Shown in pieces: positions 38,701-47,941 of a stretch of DNA of 64,000 nt. How positions within the stretch are numbered: position 1 is the stretch's first letter; each line of letters starts with the position of its first letter. Origin of the DNA: an uncultured Bacilli bacterium (GTDB lineage Bacteria > Bacillota_I > Bacilli_A > RF39 > UBA660); contig CANRDN010000004.1 in assembly GCA_947629375.1 (NCBI GenBank), positions 8,168 to 72,167 on the forward strand. Direction: 5' to 3'. Position numbers and translations under genes: made by a program. A model generated the notes under the pieces. The model worked only from the letters and a program-made list of their open reading frames with translations, had not been told where the DNA came from and did no database searches.

Positions 38701-41540
38701 ACAACGCTCTTTTAGATAGTGAAATAACTATTACTTCAAATGATAGAGTTTACTTAAATGAAACTATAAAAGCTGGAAACAATAGTTATAAAGCAAATGT
38801 TGGAACAAACGGTACTTATCAAGTCAAAATAGAAAAAAATTATGATTTAGATAACGATAAACTTAACGATTTAAATGAAATTAAAAAAATAGATTACAAC
38901 AGAGAAATAAAGCTTGATAATGAAGTAAAATTTTCAATTAAGAGTCTAAAAATTACAGAATATGTTAAAAATGGAAGCAATGCTATTATCGAGTTTCAAA
39001 ATGAATATGTTGAAAATGATGATGTAACAGCAGTAATAATCGATGGTACTTCTTATAATGTCACAAAAAATAATGGTGGATATATAGTTAAATATGTTCC
39101 AAATAAAGTAGGAGTCAACAATCTTACTTTAGAAAAAGTAGTAATTGGAGAAAAAGAATTTTCAGTTAATAAAAAATTATCATTTATCTCTCAATATGAA
39201 ACACCAAGTGCTAACTATAAAAATGAAACGACTGTTGATAAAGAAAGAAATACTACTAAAGCAACATTTAATATAATTGATAAAGATAACACGATAGAGA
39301 AGTTAACAGCATATTTAAAGAATAGTAATAACGAAATACTAGAGAGTAATGTAATTGATAAAACTTCTACATCAGTTACATTTGATCTACCAAGTAAACA
39401 TAAACACTATATTGAATTGGTTGCAGACTACACGCTATATGATGATAAAAAATTCACTACAACTTTATTTGTAGCTCATAGTAGAGAAAACAACGAATTT
39501 GAAATCATATCTAGTAAAGTAGTTAGTGATGGAACAGAAAAAAATAGTTCTCTTAAAGTTCAATATGAAGTTAATACAAATATAAGTGAAGAATTAAATT
39601 ACTTCGTTATTAATGGAAAAGCTTATAGAGTTGAAAAAGTACAAGATGGAGATTATAGAACTTATGAAGCAGTAGTGAATACTCCAAATAGTACAACATT
39701 TAAATTGAAACTAAGTGAAGCACTATTTGAAAATGAAAAAATAGAAGTTAACAATACTATAGAGATGACTGTTTTAAAAGATAAACCTGAAATAACTAAT
39801 TTTAGTATCGATGTTCGAGACAAAAAAGTTAAATTTAATTTAGTTGATAATGACAAGACAGTAACTAAACAGTTTAAAGTAAAAGTAACTGATGAAGAAA
39901 ATAATAGCAACACTTATAACATATCTTTAAAAGAATCAAATAAATATTCCTTAGATTATAGCAAACTTAACTTAAAGAAAGACAAATTCTACACCATAGA
40001 AATAATTGCAACTTATAGTCTAACAAAGAAAGATTCTAAAGAAGAAACATTATATGAAACAAAAATATTTACTGGAGAAAGTACTATAGAGACAGTCGAT
40101 ATTGTATTTAATAAATTAGTCTATGCTTTCTTGAAAGATGAATCAAACATAGTAGATATAAATATTCCTTCTTTATACAATTTAAAAGATACTTTAAAAT
40201 GTGTTGTTATTGATGGAATTAACTATGAAGTAACTTATAAAAGTACAAATAATGGCTATGATATTTTTACATTTAACTATGTTCCAAATAGTAAAAAATC
40301 ATCATTTAAGATATCTGAAGGAATACTTAAAGATGGAAGTAGAATTATGATAAATCAGTCTACATCTTATAAATTATTTAATAAGATTCCAGATACTTTT
40401 ATTACATCTATAAAAGAAAATAATGACGAACTTTCAATTAATTATTATGTTTTGAAGAATGATAATATAAAAGATAAAAAGATTAAGATAGTTGTCAAAG
40501 ACTCTAATAATGTTTTAATCAATGAAAAAGAAGTATCAATCAATAATAGTAATACTAAAATAAAGTTAAATGGTAAAAAATCAAAGACATACAACATCGA
40601 AATATATGCATCATTTAATTATCAAAACAATAAAACTTATGATGATATTCTTTTATATCAAGAACAATTTAACTCAGAATATAATGCTCAAGTTTTAGAA
40701 AGTACTTTATCTTCTGAGAATGTTTATGCAAATGATACATTAACAATTACTTATATTTTTGCTAATGATAATAATAAAATTCCAGCAAGACTTGTAGTTA
40801 ATGGCAAAGAATATATTTGCAAAAATAAAACAATAGATAGCTGTGAAATAGACTATCCAGTTAAGGGAAAGCAAAAGATAGAATACATTACTTTATCAAA
40901 AGTTATTTATTCTAATGGATTAAGTGAGAGTGTTTATTATGTCGATAAAGTTGAGATAGTTAATAAACTTCCTAATATAGAAGATTATAAGTTAACAGAT
41001 AGTTATAGTAAAAAAGAAGTAACTATTGAAATAACACTTGAAGATGATGATAACTATCTAAAAGAAGAAAATGTTTATATAAGTTTAGGAAATCAAAAAC
41101 AAAAACTTAAAGCTGGTAAAAACAAAATCAAGTTTAAAGATATAAAAGAGGATGAACTTTTAAATATATTGATATATTCAAACACTTCTAGTGGAAAAGT
41201 CACTATATTAGAAAAACCATATATTATGCGTAAAGATTATGGATTATCAATTGAAAATGTTATATTCTTGGATAAGGATAATAGAGAGAAAACAACATTT
41301 TCTATCAATGAGGATATAACATTAAAATTTGAAAGTTATAATACGACAATACTTTATCCAATAAGTATCACTATTAATGGAAAGTCTTATGAGTTATCGA
41401 AAGATAATAATACCTATACAGTTAAGATTGAAGGCTTTGCTGGATCTGGAAGTAAGATAATTAAAATAGAAAAAATCACTTTAAATAGTGGTAAAACAAT
41501 AAGCATTGATAATAAAGTTTTGTCCCTTACAGTTAAATAA
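35754..41540 (+). CDS. 1928-aa surface protein: signal peptide, cohesin-like module, TM hairpin, type I dockerin, then nine A modules alternating with eight B modules
   Basis: Signal peptide ends VVKA/EE. Two hydrophobic helices lie at about 36235-36410. Dockerin segments DVDNNGVVNQKD and DINNDGYITITD lie at 36420-36590. The repeat junction (V/L)LKD-x-P recurs about 8 times. There is no C-terminal anchor. Confidence 0.75.
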   Translation: MKRKIFLFLISILTFFSYFDVVKAEEIKTSVEGKSIKISISFDSSLTGLEGELNFDDDFFENVDKTDFVVAEDNLFYFNKNNNHFVLLSSYNAPLTLNVTLYLKENAEYDFTYVDFINLIGSDGKEDIELKDKHIQVINSKTGLRINGTSERNSQNEKDYIYVGFNIYTIVAIAVGFFLIIAFSYFAFSKNSFINKILINGIISLLFIFVIFYIYSLYNNKEDVDNNGVVNQKDLNIIADTLLGKVTVGKKSLKYYNQDINNDGYITITDVSSIMPIIDNSVFLENFVINENYVPKDSTFTVTFSVSSKQKVKYIYINDKKYEVEETENGYKAIINSGSSAGKKDVTVEGLELENGKKIDLTYSDNIEVLKDEPDLKSFKLNKDKKQFTIELKDKDSAITNKYVVIEDIDGNIVEEINLSDKKTYKYKTGTAYKFILICDYDLDSKVDTNNKYSKTIDLEEISGETPPSKDVYYNDITLVNIDRENKVIEFQIDANYEIKSATINGKKYTVSNNIIKVTYKKEEKTTYKIESISTDSKEIKVNKEFTLFKEEPKVNSLSVDIDNQKANVQIKIVDKDSTLTGINAILKDSKGNILETVKLDKTTTKFSFETNISDDTLYVVEIVGTFDCQNGMNTESKVLKSVEINHKSNLYIEGGKVSNINPTKGSIIDVTFKVKDKEAKDIKYFVINDKKYNVESIGNDYFKIKYQVPDEDGVNAIKIQKIVYDNYEMVVNYNDIKVDVLKDKPSIEEFEAIDDLDSESIMFKFNVKDLDNSFVKGKICLGNECQEFNKSGLNTILFPVEKNRLSKVNIDIDYDLDTNTLSQNKNVSKITLEKQVAVVDNFQFEIYNIETYKVSGSKSTYFNKNEQIKVKFNSKNVTPLYPVAIELQDKDNTKATLTYEVKKDKDGYYFIINGLSEACEKEYVIKSITLNSGKTITSEKFRTIDVKNIKFEVLKTAPRIDNVSITNNDGVLNVTFNVTDSDNALLDSEITITSNDRVYLNETIKAGNNSYKANVGTNGTYQVKIEKNYDLDNDKLNDLNEIKKIDYNREIKLDNEVKFSIKSLKITEYVKNGSNAIIEFQNEYVENDDVTAVIIDGTSYNVTKNNGGYIVKYVPNKVGVNNLTLEKVVIGEKEFSVNKKLSFISQYETPSANYKNETTVDKERNTTKATFNIIDKDNTIEKLTAYLKNSNNEILESNVIDKTSTSVTFDLPSKHKHYIELVADYTLYDDKKFTTTLFVAHSRENNEFEIISSKVVSDGTEKNSSLKVQYEVNTNISEELNYFVINGKAYRVEKVQDGDYRTYEAVVNTPNSTTFKLKLSEALFENEKIEVNNTIEMTVLKDKPEITNFSIDVRDKKVKFNLVDNDKTVTKQFKVKVTDEENNSNTYNISLKESNKYSLDYSKLNLKKDKFYTIEIIATYSLTKKDSKEETLYETKIFTGESTIETVDIVFNKLVYAFLKDESNIVDINIPSLYNLKDTLKCVVIDGINYEVTYKSTNNGYDIFTFNYVPNSKKSSFKISEGILKDGSRIMINQSTSYKLFNKIPDTFITSIKENNDELSINYYVLKNDNIKDKKIKIVVKDSNNVLINEKEVSINNSNTKIKLNGKKSKTYNIEIYASFNYQNNKTYDDILLYQEQFNSEYNAQVLESTLSSENVYANDTLTITYIFANDNNKIPARLVVNGKEYICKNKTIDSCEIDYPVKGKQKIEYITLSKVIYSNGLSESVYYVDKVEIVNKLPNIEDYKLTDSYSKKEVTIEITLEDDDNYLKEENVYISLGNQKQKLKAGKNKIKFKDIKEDELLNILIYSNTSSGKVTILEKPYIMRKDYGLSIENVIFLDKDNREKTTFSINEDITLKFESYNTTILYPISITINGKSYELSKDNNTYTVKIEGFAGSGSKIIKIEKITLNSGKTISIDNKVLSLTVK

Positions 41541-41643
41541 TTTGATTAAAAAAACAAGGTTATGATGTAAACCTCAAATGGTAGACATCGTTATCCTCGT
41601 TCTTTTTGTTTATAAGGAATTTTCTATAAAAAGTAATTTTTTA

Positions 41644-41672
41644 TTGACTAAAACATATGTTTGAATTATAAT
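41644..41672 (+). promoter_or_regulatory. Consensus-like sigma-A promoter upstream of the tnpB fragment
   Basis: TTGACT, 17-nt spacer, TATAAT. Confidence 0.5.
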
Positions 41673-41694
41673 GTAATTGTTAGGGGGTAATAAA

Positions 41695-42261
41695 ATGTTA
41701 ATTAATAAAGCATATGTATTTAGATTATATCCAACAGAAGAACAAAAAGAATTAATTAATAAGTGTATTGGTTGTAGTCGATTTGTCTATAATTACTATT
41801 TAAATAAAAAAGAATTGATGTATAAAAATAATGAAATATTAACTTTAAACGATATGAAAAAAGATATACCCTTTTTATCAAAAGAAAAAGAATGGTTAAA
41901 GGAAGTAGATAGTTCTTGTTTAAGAACATCACTAGATGATTTAGATAAAGCATATTTAAACTTTTATAATGGAAGTGGACATCCAAAATATAAAAAGAAA
42001 AACTATAATGGTAAATATACAACAGTATGTATAAGAAGTAGTTATAAAGATAGAAACTATAGTAATATAAAAGTAGATTTAAATAAAAGAGAAATAACAT
42101 TACCAAAGGTAGGGAAAGTAAAAATAAGAGGATATAGAAACCTTATAGAATTCCCATTTAAAATATTTAATGTAACAATAAATAAAGTTGGTAAAAGATA
42201 TTATGCAAGTATAAATATATTAACAGAAGGAATTAGAAAATATATAGGACAAATGGTTTAA
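41695..42261 (+). pseudogene. tnpB: Truncated tnpB (RNA-guided endonuclease TnpB / IS605 OrfB), N-terminal about 185 aa only
   Basis: MLINKAYVFRLYPTEEQKELINKCIGCSRFVYNYYL...EWLKEVDSSCLRTSLDDLDKAYLNFY...LPKVGKVKIRGYR is the typical OrfB N-terminus. The ORF ends where the GIDLG RuvC-I motif should begin. Full-length TnpB is about twice as long. ATG 41695 follows GGGGGT. Confidence 0.7.
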
Positions 42262-42364
42262 AAATAAATAAAAAAATATAGGTACGGTAGCGACTATCGG
42301 AAATTGGTCTCTGGAGGGTAGAGTTATCCTATGAAGGAGAAAAACCAAACTGTGAAGTTTGGAC

Positions 42365-42390
42365 GTGATTTATTTATAAATCACTTTGTT
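42365..42390. terminator. Hairpin between convergent genes (tnpB remnant and the 749-aa gene)
   Basis: GTGATTTA-TTTA-TAAATCAC followed by TTTGTT on the + strand. Confidence 0.45.
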
Positions 42391-42399
42391 CTAATTTCA

Positions 42400-44649
42400 T
42401 TACATTGATAATGAATCACTTTCTTTTTCGTCAGTTATTTCATTTTCATTAATTGTATATTTTTCATCTGTAGTATTTTTTTGGGCTTTTTCTATCATTG
42501 TATAAAACACTGAAGCAGGAATTAATCCAGTTGCAAATTTTCTCGTTATATCATTTATAAATTCGTGATTTGCTTGGATTTTAGTGAAGTTATTTATATA
42601 GTCAGTAACTTTGCCAACAAATGCTTCCTGTTGTAACATCTCTCTTATTGTCGTCGTCATTCCGTCAGTTGCTGTGTTGGTGTTCATATATCTCATAAAT
42701 AGTAACAATTTATCAGGAGATAAAGAATTAAGTGCATTTGTAATAGCAACTCTGTCTGGTGTTAGACTATTTACAATATCGATTCCCACTCCTTCGGCTG
42801 CTTTATCTACTAAGTTATCTGCAAATGCAAAGTCTGCTGCACCATTTAGTCGAAAACTTAATCCAATTTGTCTGAAAAGCCAACTAAAAAAGCCTTCTCC
42901 TTCTTTTCTCCCTGCCTCGTTAGCAACATCTTGAGCAGTGTCCATAAGGTAATTTGAACCAGTATACTCGTGATAATAATTATCGTTGTTTTTAAATTCT
43001 TCCATTAAATTGTTAGCATTTGAATATTCTGCTGAATTATCAGGTGTTAATGGTACATCTGGACCATCTGGAATAGGTACTGGATTATAAATATTGTTTT
43101 CTGGGAACAATTGTTTACTTAATTCAGGTAAGAATACCCCACCCTTAATAATATCGTAAACTGACATAAGTGATAATCCAGCAGTAAATAAACCAATTGA
43201 AATTTTTCCAGCTTTTAAAAGTTTATCTTTGAATGTATCATTATTTAAACTATCTTCTATTCTTGTTAAGATAATTTTAGCTTCTTTCTTTTCTTCATCA
43301 CTTAATTTTTCAATAGATGTTTTTAATTCTTCAACTGATTTTGGAACAGGATTAATAACGATATTCTTATCTCTTAAATAATTAACTATAATATCAATTA
43401 TAACAAGTTCGATTGTATTGTCTGATTCTTTTAATTTTTCTTTTATTAAAAGTAACTCTTTTTCATCTTCTTCTTTATACTTCTCGGCATCTAATTTTAA
43501 GAATTTATCCGTTTCTTTTTTAGCTTTATTACTCTTTACTATTTGTTTAACACCTGACGCTACTCCTAGTACTGCCGATGTTACTAGTCCTCCTGTAGCT
43601 CCTATTGCTGCAAGTGCTGCTATGTTCTCCCCTGCAAATAAAGTGTGTGCAAAATTTCCAATAACAGGAAGTCTTTCAAGAACTTCAGTACCTGCAAAAC
43701 CTAATCCACCTGATAGAGCTGAAAACCAAGGTTTTCCGGCTTGATTTTGAACCCAAGCTCCTAAAACTGATCCATTTATAAGACCAGAGACAAGACCAGG
43801 GTCAACTCCGTTTACGGCAGATGCTACATCCATCCCAAGTTTAGCACCAACTCCAACTGTAGCAGCCGTACTTGCTACAACATTTAATTTTTTTCTAGCT
43901 TTTTTAACTCGTTCGTCGACATCTATTCCTCTTCCTAATTTAGAATTTAGAGCGTTAACTAACATTTTTTTCTTCTCAGGTTCAAGTGTATAAATTGCTT
44001 GTCTTAAAGATCTATAACCTGTATCTTCGAATGAAATATCGTATTTATTTAAAAATTCTCTTATTTCTTTTTGAGTTTCTTCATCAAATCTAGTGTCTAA
44101 TATAGCATCATTATCTTTAGTAGTTTCTAATTCAGTCAATATGTTATTTAGTTCATTATCTTCATTTACATTTTGTATTTCTTTTCTGTTTTTTATAATT
44201 TTGTATAAAGAGTATACTCCGAGTCCTGACGCTACTACTGCTTTAGATGTAGCAGTTGGTGCTAAAACAAGTGCTGTTCTTGCTGCTAAAGTAAATCCAA
44301 GAGTTTTTCCGATAGATTTTGCAAGATCACTAGTCATTAATTTAGTAAAAGCGTTTGTAGATCCCTGTTCTAGTGAGTTAACAACACTTTCTAATTGATT
44401 GTTAACTTTTTCAATAATACCAGTTACTTTATTGTAATCTACTTCTGCACAAGTTTTTTTCAAATCTTTATCTAATTCTGCTACAGAAGTATAATTCTTT
44501 TCTACATTTATGCCAAGTTCTTCCAATTCAACATAAATAAGGTTTAGTTTTGCTTGTTCAAGTTTTTCTTTTAACTTTTTTACAACTTCTTTTTTTTCAT
44601 TTGTAATTTTTGGCATCGCCACTTGAGGATTTTCTAATGCTAGTTCCAT
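42400..44649 (-). CDS. 749-aa hypothetical membrane protein: coiled coils, glycine-zipper hydrophobic blocks, unknown C-terminal domain
   Basis: No signal peptide. Hydrophobic Gly/Ala-rich blocks at about residues 115-150, 255-375 and 485-505, e.g. GVGAKLGMDVASAVNGVDPGLVSGLINGSVLGAW and AALAAIGATGGLVTSAVLGVASGV. Lys/Glu coiled coils lie between them. I recognise no catalytic motif. Confidence 0.6.
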   Translation of the reverse strand: MELALENPQVAMPKITNEKKEVVKKLKEKLEQAKLNLIYVELEELGINVEKNYTSVAELDKDLKKTCAEVDYNKVTGIIEKVNNQLESVVNSLEQGSTNAFTKLMTSDLAKSIGKTLGFTLAARTALVLAPTATSKAVVASGLGVYSLYKIIKNRKEIQNVNEDNELNNILTELETTKDNDAILDTRFDEETQKEIREFLNKYDISFEDTGYRSLRQAIYTLEPEKKKMLVNALNSKLGRGIDVDERVKKARKKLNVVASTAATVGVGAKLGMDVASAVNGVDPGLVSGLINGSVLGAWVQNQAGKPWFSALSGGLGFAGTEVLERLPVIGNFAHTLFAGENIAALAAIGATGGLVTSAVLGVASGVKQIVKSNKAKKETDKFLKLDAEKYKEEDEKELLLIKEKLKESDNTIELVIIDIIVNYLRDKNIVINPVPKSVEELKTSIEKLSDEEKKEAKIILTRIEDSLNNDTFKDKLLKAGKISIGLFTAGLSLMSVYDIIKGGVFLPELSKQLFPENNIYNPVPIPDGPDVPLTPDNSAEYSNANNLMEEFKNNDNYYHEYTGSNYLMDTAQDVANEAGRKEGEGFFSWLFRQIGLSFRLNGAADFAFADNLVDKAAEGVGIDIVNSLTPDRVAITNALNSLSPDKLLLFMRYMNTNTATDGMTTTIREMLQQEAFVGKVTDYINNFTKIQANHEFINDITRKFATGLIPASVFYTMIEKAQKNTTDEKYTINENEITDEKESDSLSM

Positions 44650-44822
44650 TGCTGTTCCCCCTCATTTGATTTTATATCCGTTAATTGATTTAATACTTGC
44701 ATATAATATGCTAATTCGTAAAAGTCCATTTTATCTAATTCTTCTTTGGGTACGAATTCTATATTATCAATTTTTTTCAAAAGCTCCAGTGCTTCATCTT
44801 GATTTTGATTATCATCATTCAT
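44640..44822 (-). CDS. 60-aa acidic helical protein, translationally coupled to the 749-aa gene
   Basis: Strong RBS GGAGGG 8 nt before the ATG. Its stop overlaps the downstream ATG by 10 nt (CAATGGAACTAG). Sequence is MNDDNQNQDEALELLKKIDN... Confidence 0.5.
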   Translation of the reverse strand: MNDDNQNQDEALELLKKIDNIEFVPKEELDKMDFYELAYYMQVLNQLTDIKSNEGEQQWN

Positions 44823-45014
44823 AGTTTAACCCTCCTATTATCTAAAATAAATGTATCAAATTTTTGAGTTGCTGTAAATGATTCGCTAGTTTAGAGTTTA
44901 CATAATTCTACATAAATCTAACAGTATAGATAAAAAACTCTATTAATGAAAAGAAACTTTTAGTAAACGATATGGCATTCCTTGTTTTGTTTATAAAAGT
45001 GTAAGTTGCTTACC

Positions 45015-45043
45015 TTGTCAGTTTATAAGATAAGTGATAGAAT
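45015..45043 (+). promoter_or_regulatory. Sigma-A type promoter of uvrB
   Basis: TTGTCA, 17-nt spacer, TG-A-TAGAAT extended -10. Confidence 0.5.
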
Positions 45044-45068
45044 ATGTTCGTAAAAAAGGGAGGTAATT

Positions 45069-47027
45069 ATGTTTAATTTAGTATCTCAATATACTCCTAA
45101 TGGAGACCAACCTAAGGCTATAGAAGAACTTGTTAAAGGTGTTAATGAAGGAAAGAAACATCAGGTATTACTAGGTGCTACTGGTACTGGTAAAACTTTT
45201 ACAATTGCAAATGTAATTAAGGAAGTCAATAAACCAACTCTAGTTTTAGCACACAACAAAACCCTTGCAGGTCAACTTTATAGTGAACTTAAAGAACTTT
45301 TTCCTGAGAATAAAGTAGAGTATTTTGTTAGCTACTACGATTATTATCAACCAGAAGCTTATGTTCCAAGTACCGATACTTATATTGAAAAAGATTCTTC
45401 GATAAACGATGAAATAGATGAATTACGCCACGCTGCTGCCAGTAGTCTGCTTACAAGAAAAGATACTATTGTAGTCGCATCTGTCTCTTGCATCTATGGA
45501 ATTGGTGAACCCGAAGAATATAAAGATAAAATGTTAACTTTAAGCGTTGGACAATCAATCGACCGAAATGAAGTTTTAAATAAACTAGTTGATATGCTTT
45601 ATGAAAGAAATGATATTGATTTTAAGCGTGGAACATTTAGAGTTAGAGGGGACATCGTCGAAGTAATACCTGCAAATGAAAGAACAAATGGTATAAGAAT
45701 TGAATTCTTTGGTGATGAGATTGATAGAATAAGTGAAATAGATACCTTAACCGGTAATGTTAAAGTCAATGTAAAAAATGTCTCAATTTTCCCAGCAAGC
45801 TTGTTCGTTACGAGTGATGAAAAACTTCAAGAAGCTTTAAAAAGAATTAAAGAAGAATGCGTGGAAAGAGTAAAATACTTTAAAGAAAACAATAAACTTA
45901 TTGAAGCTCAAAGAATTGAAGAAAGAACAAATTACGACTTGGAAATGTTGAGTGAAACTGGATTTTGTACTGGTGTTGAAAACTATTCAAGACACTTATC
46001 TTTGCGTGGCGAAGGCGAAACTCCAACTACTTTAATGGATTTTTTTGGAGATGATTACTTACTTATCGTCGATGAATCCCACGTAACTCTTCCTCAAGTA
46101 AGAGGAATGTACAATGGAGACAGAGCAAGAAAAATGAATCTTGTCGACTATGGATTCCGCCTTCCAAGTGCTTTAGATAATAGACCTTTAAAATTTGAAG
46201 AGTTTGAGTCAAAAGTGCATCAAGCAATATATGTTTCTGCAACCCCTGGAGATTACGAATTAGAAAAGACAAACAATAAATTTGTCGAACAGATAATAAG
46301 GCCAACTGGACTTCTAGATCCCCTTATCGAAGTAAGACCATCAATGGGGCAAATAGATGATTTAGTATCTGAAATAAAAGATAGAACAGAAAAAAATGAA
46401 AGAGTCTTAATTACAACCTTAACTATAAGAATGGCAGAAGAGTTAACAAACTACTTAAAAGAGATAGATATAAAAGTAGCATATCTTCATACTGAAGTTA
46501 AAACATTAGAAAGACTTCGCGTCATTCGTGATTTGCGTTTTGGAAAATATGACTGTGTCGTAGGAATAAATCTATTGCGTGAAGGTATAGATATTCCAGA
46601 AGTAAGCTTAATTGCCATTTTGGATGCTGATAAAGAAGGATTCTTAAGAAGTGAAAGAAGTTTAATTCAGACAATTGGAAGATGTGCAAGAAATGCTAAT
46701 GGAAAATGTATAATGTACGCTGATAAAATAACTGAATCTATGGATAAAGCTATAAAAGAAACACAAAGAAGAAGAGAAATACAAGAAAAATATAATGAAG
46801 AAAATGGAATTGTACCTAAAACAATTGTTAAGGAAATAAGAGATTTAATAAGCAATGTCGATGATGGAAAGAACAGTAAGAAACCTAAAGAAAAGATGTC
46901 TAAAAAAGAAAAAGAATTAACAATGGAATCAATAGAGCAGGAAATGAGAGAAGCAGCAAGAAACTTAGACTTCGAGCGTGCTATGGAACTTCGTGACATC
47001 TTATTTGAAATGAAGGCTAACAAGTGA
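45069..47027 (+). CDS. uvrB: Excinuclease ABC subunit B
   Basis: [19 protein letters not shown] and a C-terminal UVR motif ([19 protein letters not shown]). Confidence 0.95.
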   Translation: MFNLVSQYTPNGDQPKAIEELVKGVNEGKKHQVLLGATGTGKTFTIANVIKEVNKPTLVLAHNKTLAGQLYSELKELFPENKVEYFVSYYDYYQPEAYVPSTDTYIEKDSSINDEIDELRHAAASSLLTRKDTIVVASVSCIYGIGEPEEYKDKMLTLSVGQSIDRNEVLNKLVDMLYERNDIDFKRGTFRVRGDIVEVIPANERTNGIRIEFFGDEIDRISEIDTLTGNVKVNVKNVSIFPASLFVTSDEKLQEALKRIKEECVERVKYFKENNKLIEAQRIEERTNYDLEMLSETGFCTGVENYSRHLSLRGEGETPTTLMDFFGDDYLLIVDESHVTLPQVRGMYNGDRARKMNLVDYGFRLPSALDNRPLKFEEFESKVHQAIYVSATPGDYELEKTNNKFVEQIIRPTGLLDPLIEVRPSMGQIDDLVSEIKDRTEKNERVLITTLTIRMAEELTNYLKEIDIKVAYLHTEVKTLERLRVIRDLRFGKYDCVVGINLLREGIDIPEVSLIAILDADKEGFLRSERSLIQTIGRCARNANGKCIMYADKITESMDKAIKETQRRREIQEKYNEENGIVPKTIVKEIRDLISNVDDGKNSKKPKEKMSKKEKELTMESIEQEMREAARNLDFERAMELRDILFEMKANK

Positions 47028-47869
47028 AAAAAAGATTTAAAAAAATATACATCGAAATAACAAATAAATGCAACCTTAACTGCTCTTTTTGTGGAAAAAA
47101 TAAAAGACCTTTAAAAGAAATGTCAATTGATGAATTTAAAGTAGTAATAGAAAAAATAAAACCGTATACTGATTACATTTATCTTCATATAAAAGGAGAA
47201 CCTCTATTACACCCTAAACTTGATGAAATATTATCTATCTGTGATAAAGAAAAGATAGAGGTTAACACAACGACTAACGCAACCTTAATAAAAGAAAAAT
47301 TTAATATCTTAAATAGTCATAAATCACTAAGACAAATAAATATCTCTTTGCACTCAGAAAACAATTATAAAGACTACTTTGAAAAAGTTTTTGAAACTTG
47401 TAAAATTTTATCCACAAAAATGTTTATAAGTTATCGTATATGGAATCTTGAAAACTTTAAATTAGATAAAAAATCCACAGATATTGTTAATAAAATAATC
47501 GCGTCTTACAATTTATCCCCACTTATTGTTGAAAAACTTTATAATGATACCGATATTAAAATAGATAATAACACTTTTGTGAATAAAGAAAATTTATTCG
47601 TTTGGCCAGATTTATCTAACAACTTAGAAATAGATAATAAATGTTATGGTTTAGATACTCATATTGGTATTCTATCAGATGGTACAGTAGTACCTTGTTG
47701 TTTAGATGGCAATGGAGAAATAAATTTAGGTAACATTTTTAAAGAAGATCTAAGTGATATTTTAAATAGCAAAAAAGTAAAAGAAATAATAGAAGGCTTT
47801 AAGAATAATAAATCCATTTGTGAATTATGTAAAAATTGTAATTTTAGGAATAGATTTGTCAATCATTAA
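47024..47869 (+). CDS. Small radical SAM enzyme with a C-terminal Cys-rich (SPASM/twitch-like) region
   Basis: CNLNCSFC (CxxxCxxC) at residues 16-23. C-terminal [15 protein letters not shown] and CELCKNC. The GTG start overlaps the uvrB stop. Confidence 0.65.
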   Translation: MKKRFKKIYIEITNKCNLNCSFCGKNKRPLKEMSIDEFKVVIEKIKPYTDYIYLHIKGEPLLHPKLDEILSICDKEKIEVNTTTNATLIKEKFNILNSHKSLRQINISLHSENNYKDYFEKVFETCKILSTKMFISYRIWNLENFKLDKKSTDIVNKIIASYNLSPLIVEKLYNDTDIKIDNNTFVNKENLFVWPDLSNNLEIDNKCYGLDTHIGILSDGTVVPCCLDGNGEINLGNIFKEDLSDILNSKKVKEIIEGFKNNKSICELCKNCNFRNRFVNH

Positions 47870-47941
47870 TGTCAAAATGCCTTTTTACCTCTTTTTCTTT
47901 TATTCTTTTGTTTTATAATTATGTTGAAAGATGGTGAATAG

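Larger units (their letters stand above)
41580..42390 (+). mobile_element. Decayed IS200/IS605-family (tnpB-only, IS1341-like) element: promoter, 5-prime tnpB fragment and a possible 3-prime end/omega-RNA remnant
   Basis: The TnpB N-terminal half is intact and then stops before the RuvC-I motif. GGTAGA..GTTATCCT occurs both upstream (41580-41597) and downstream (42317-42330). The outer limits are my guess. Confidence 0.4.

Noticed and set aside
42611-44398. Three + strand ORFs of about 100 aa antisense to the 749-aa gene
   Set aside because: They are mirror ORFs of the Gly/Ala-rich segments. They have no RBS and each lies wholly within the larger, RBS-supported minus-strand ORF.
45030-45055. 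Possible LexA/Cheo box (GAAC-N4-GTTC) in front of uvrB because of GAATATGTTCG
   Set aside because: Only the right half-site GTTCG is present, and the left half and spacing do not fit CGAAC-N4-GTTCG. No box is seen upstream of uvrA either.
44823-45068. tRNA or small RNA gene in the 246-bp uvrB upstream gap, and in other gaps longer than 150 bp
   Set aside because: The gaps are very AT-rich, and no acceptor or T-arm-like GC stems or GTTCRANYC box were seen. The gap is adequately explained by two divergent promoters.
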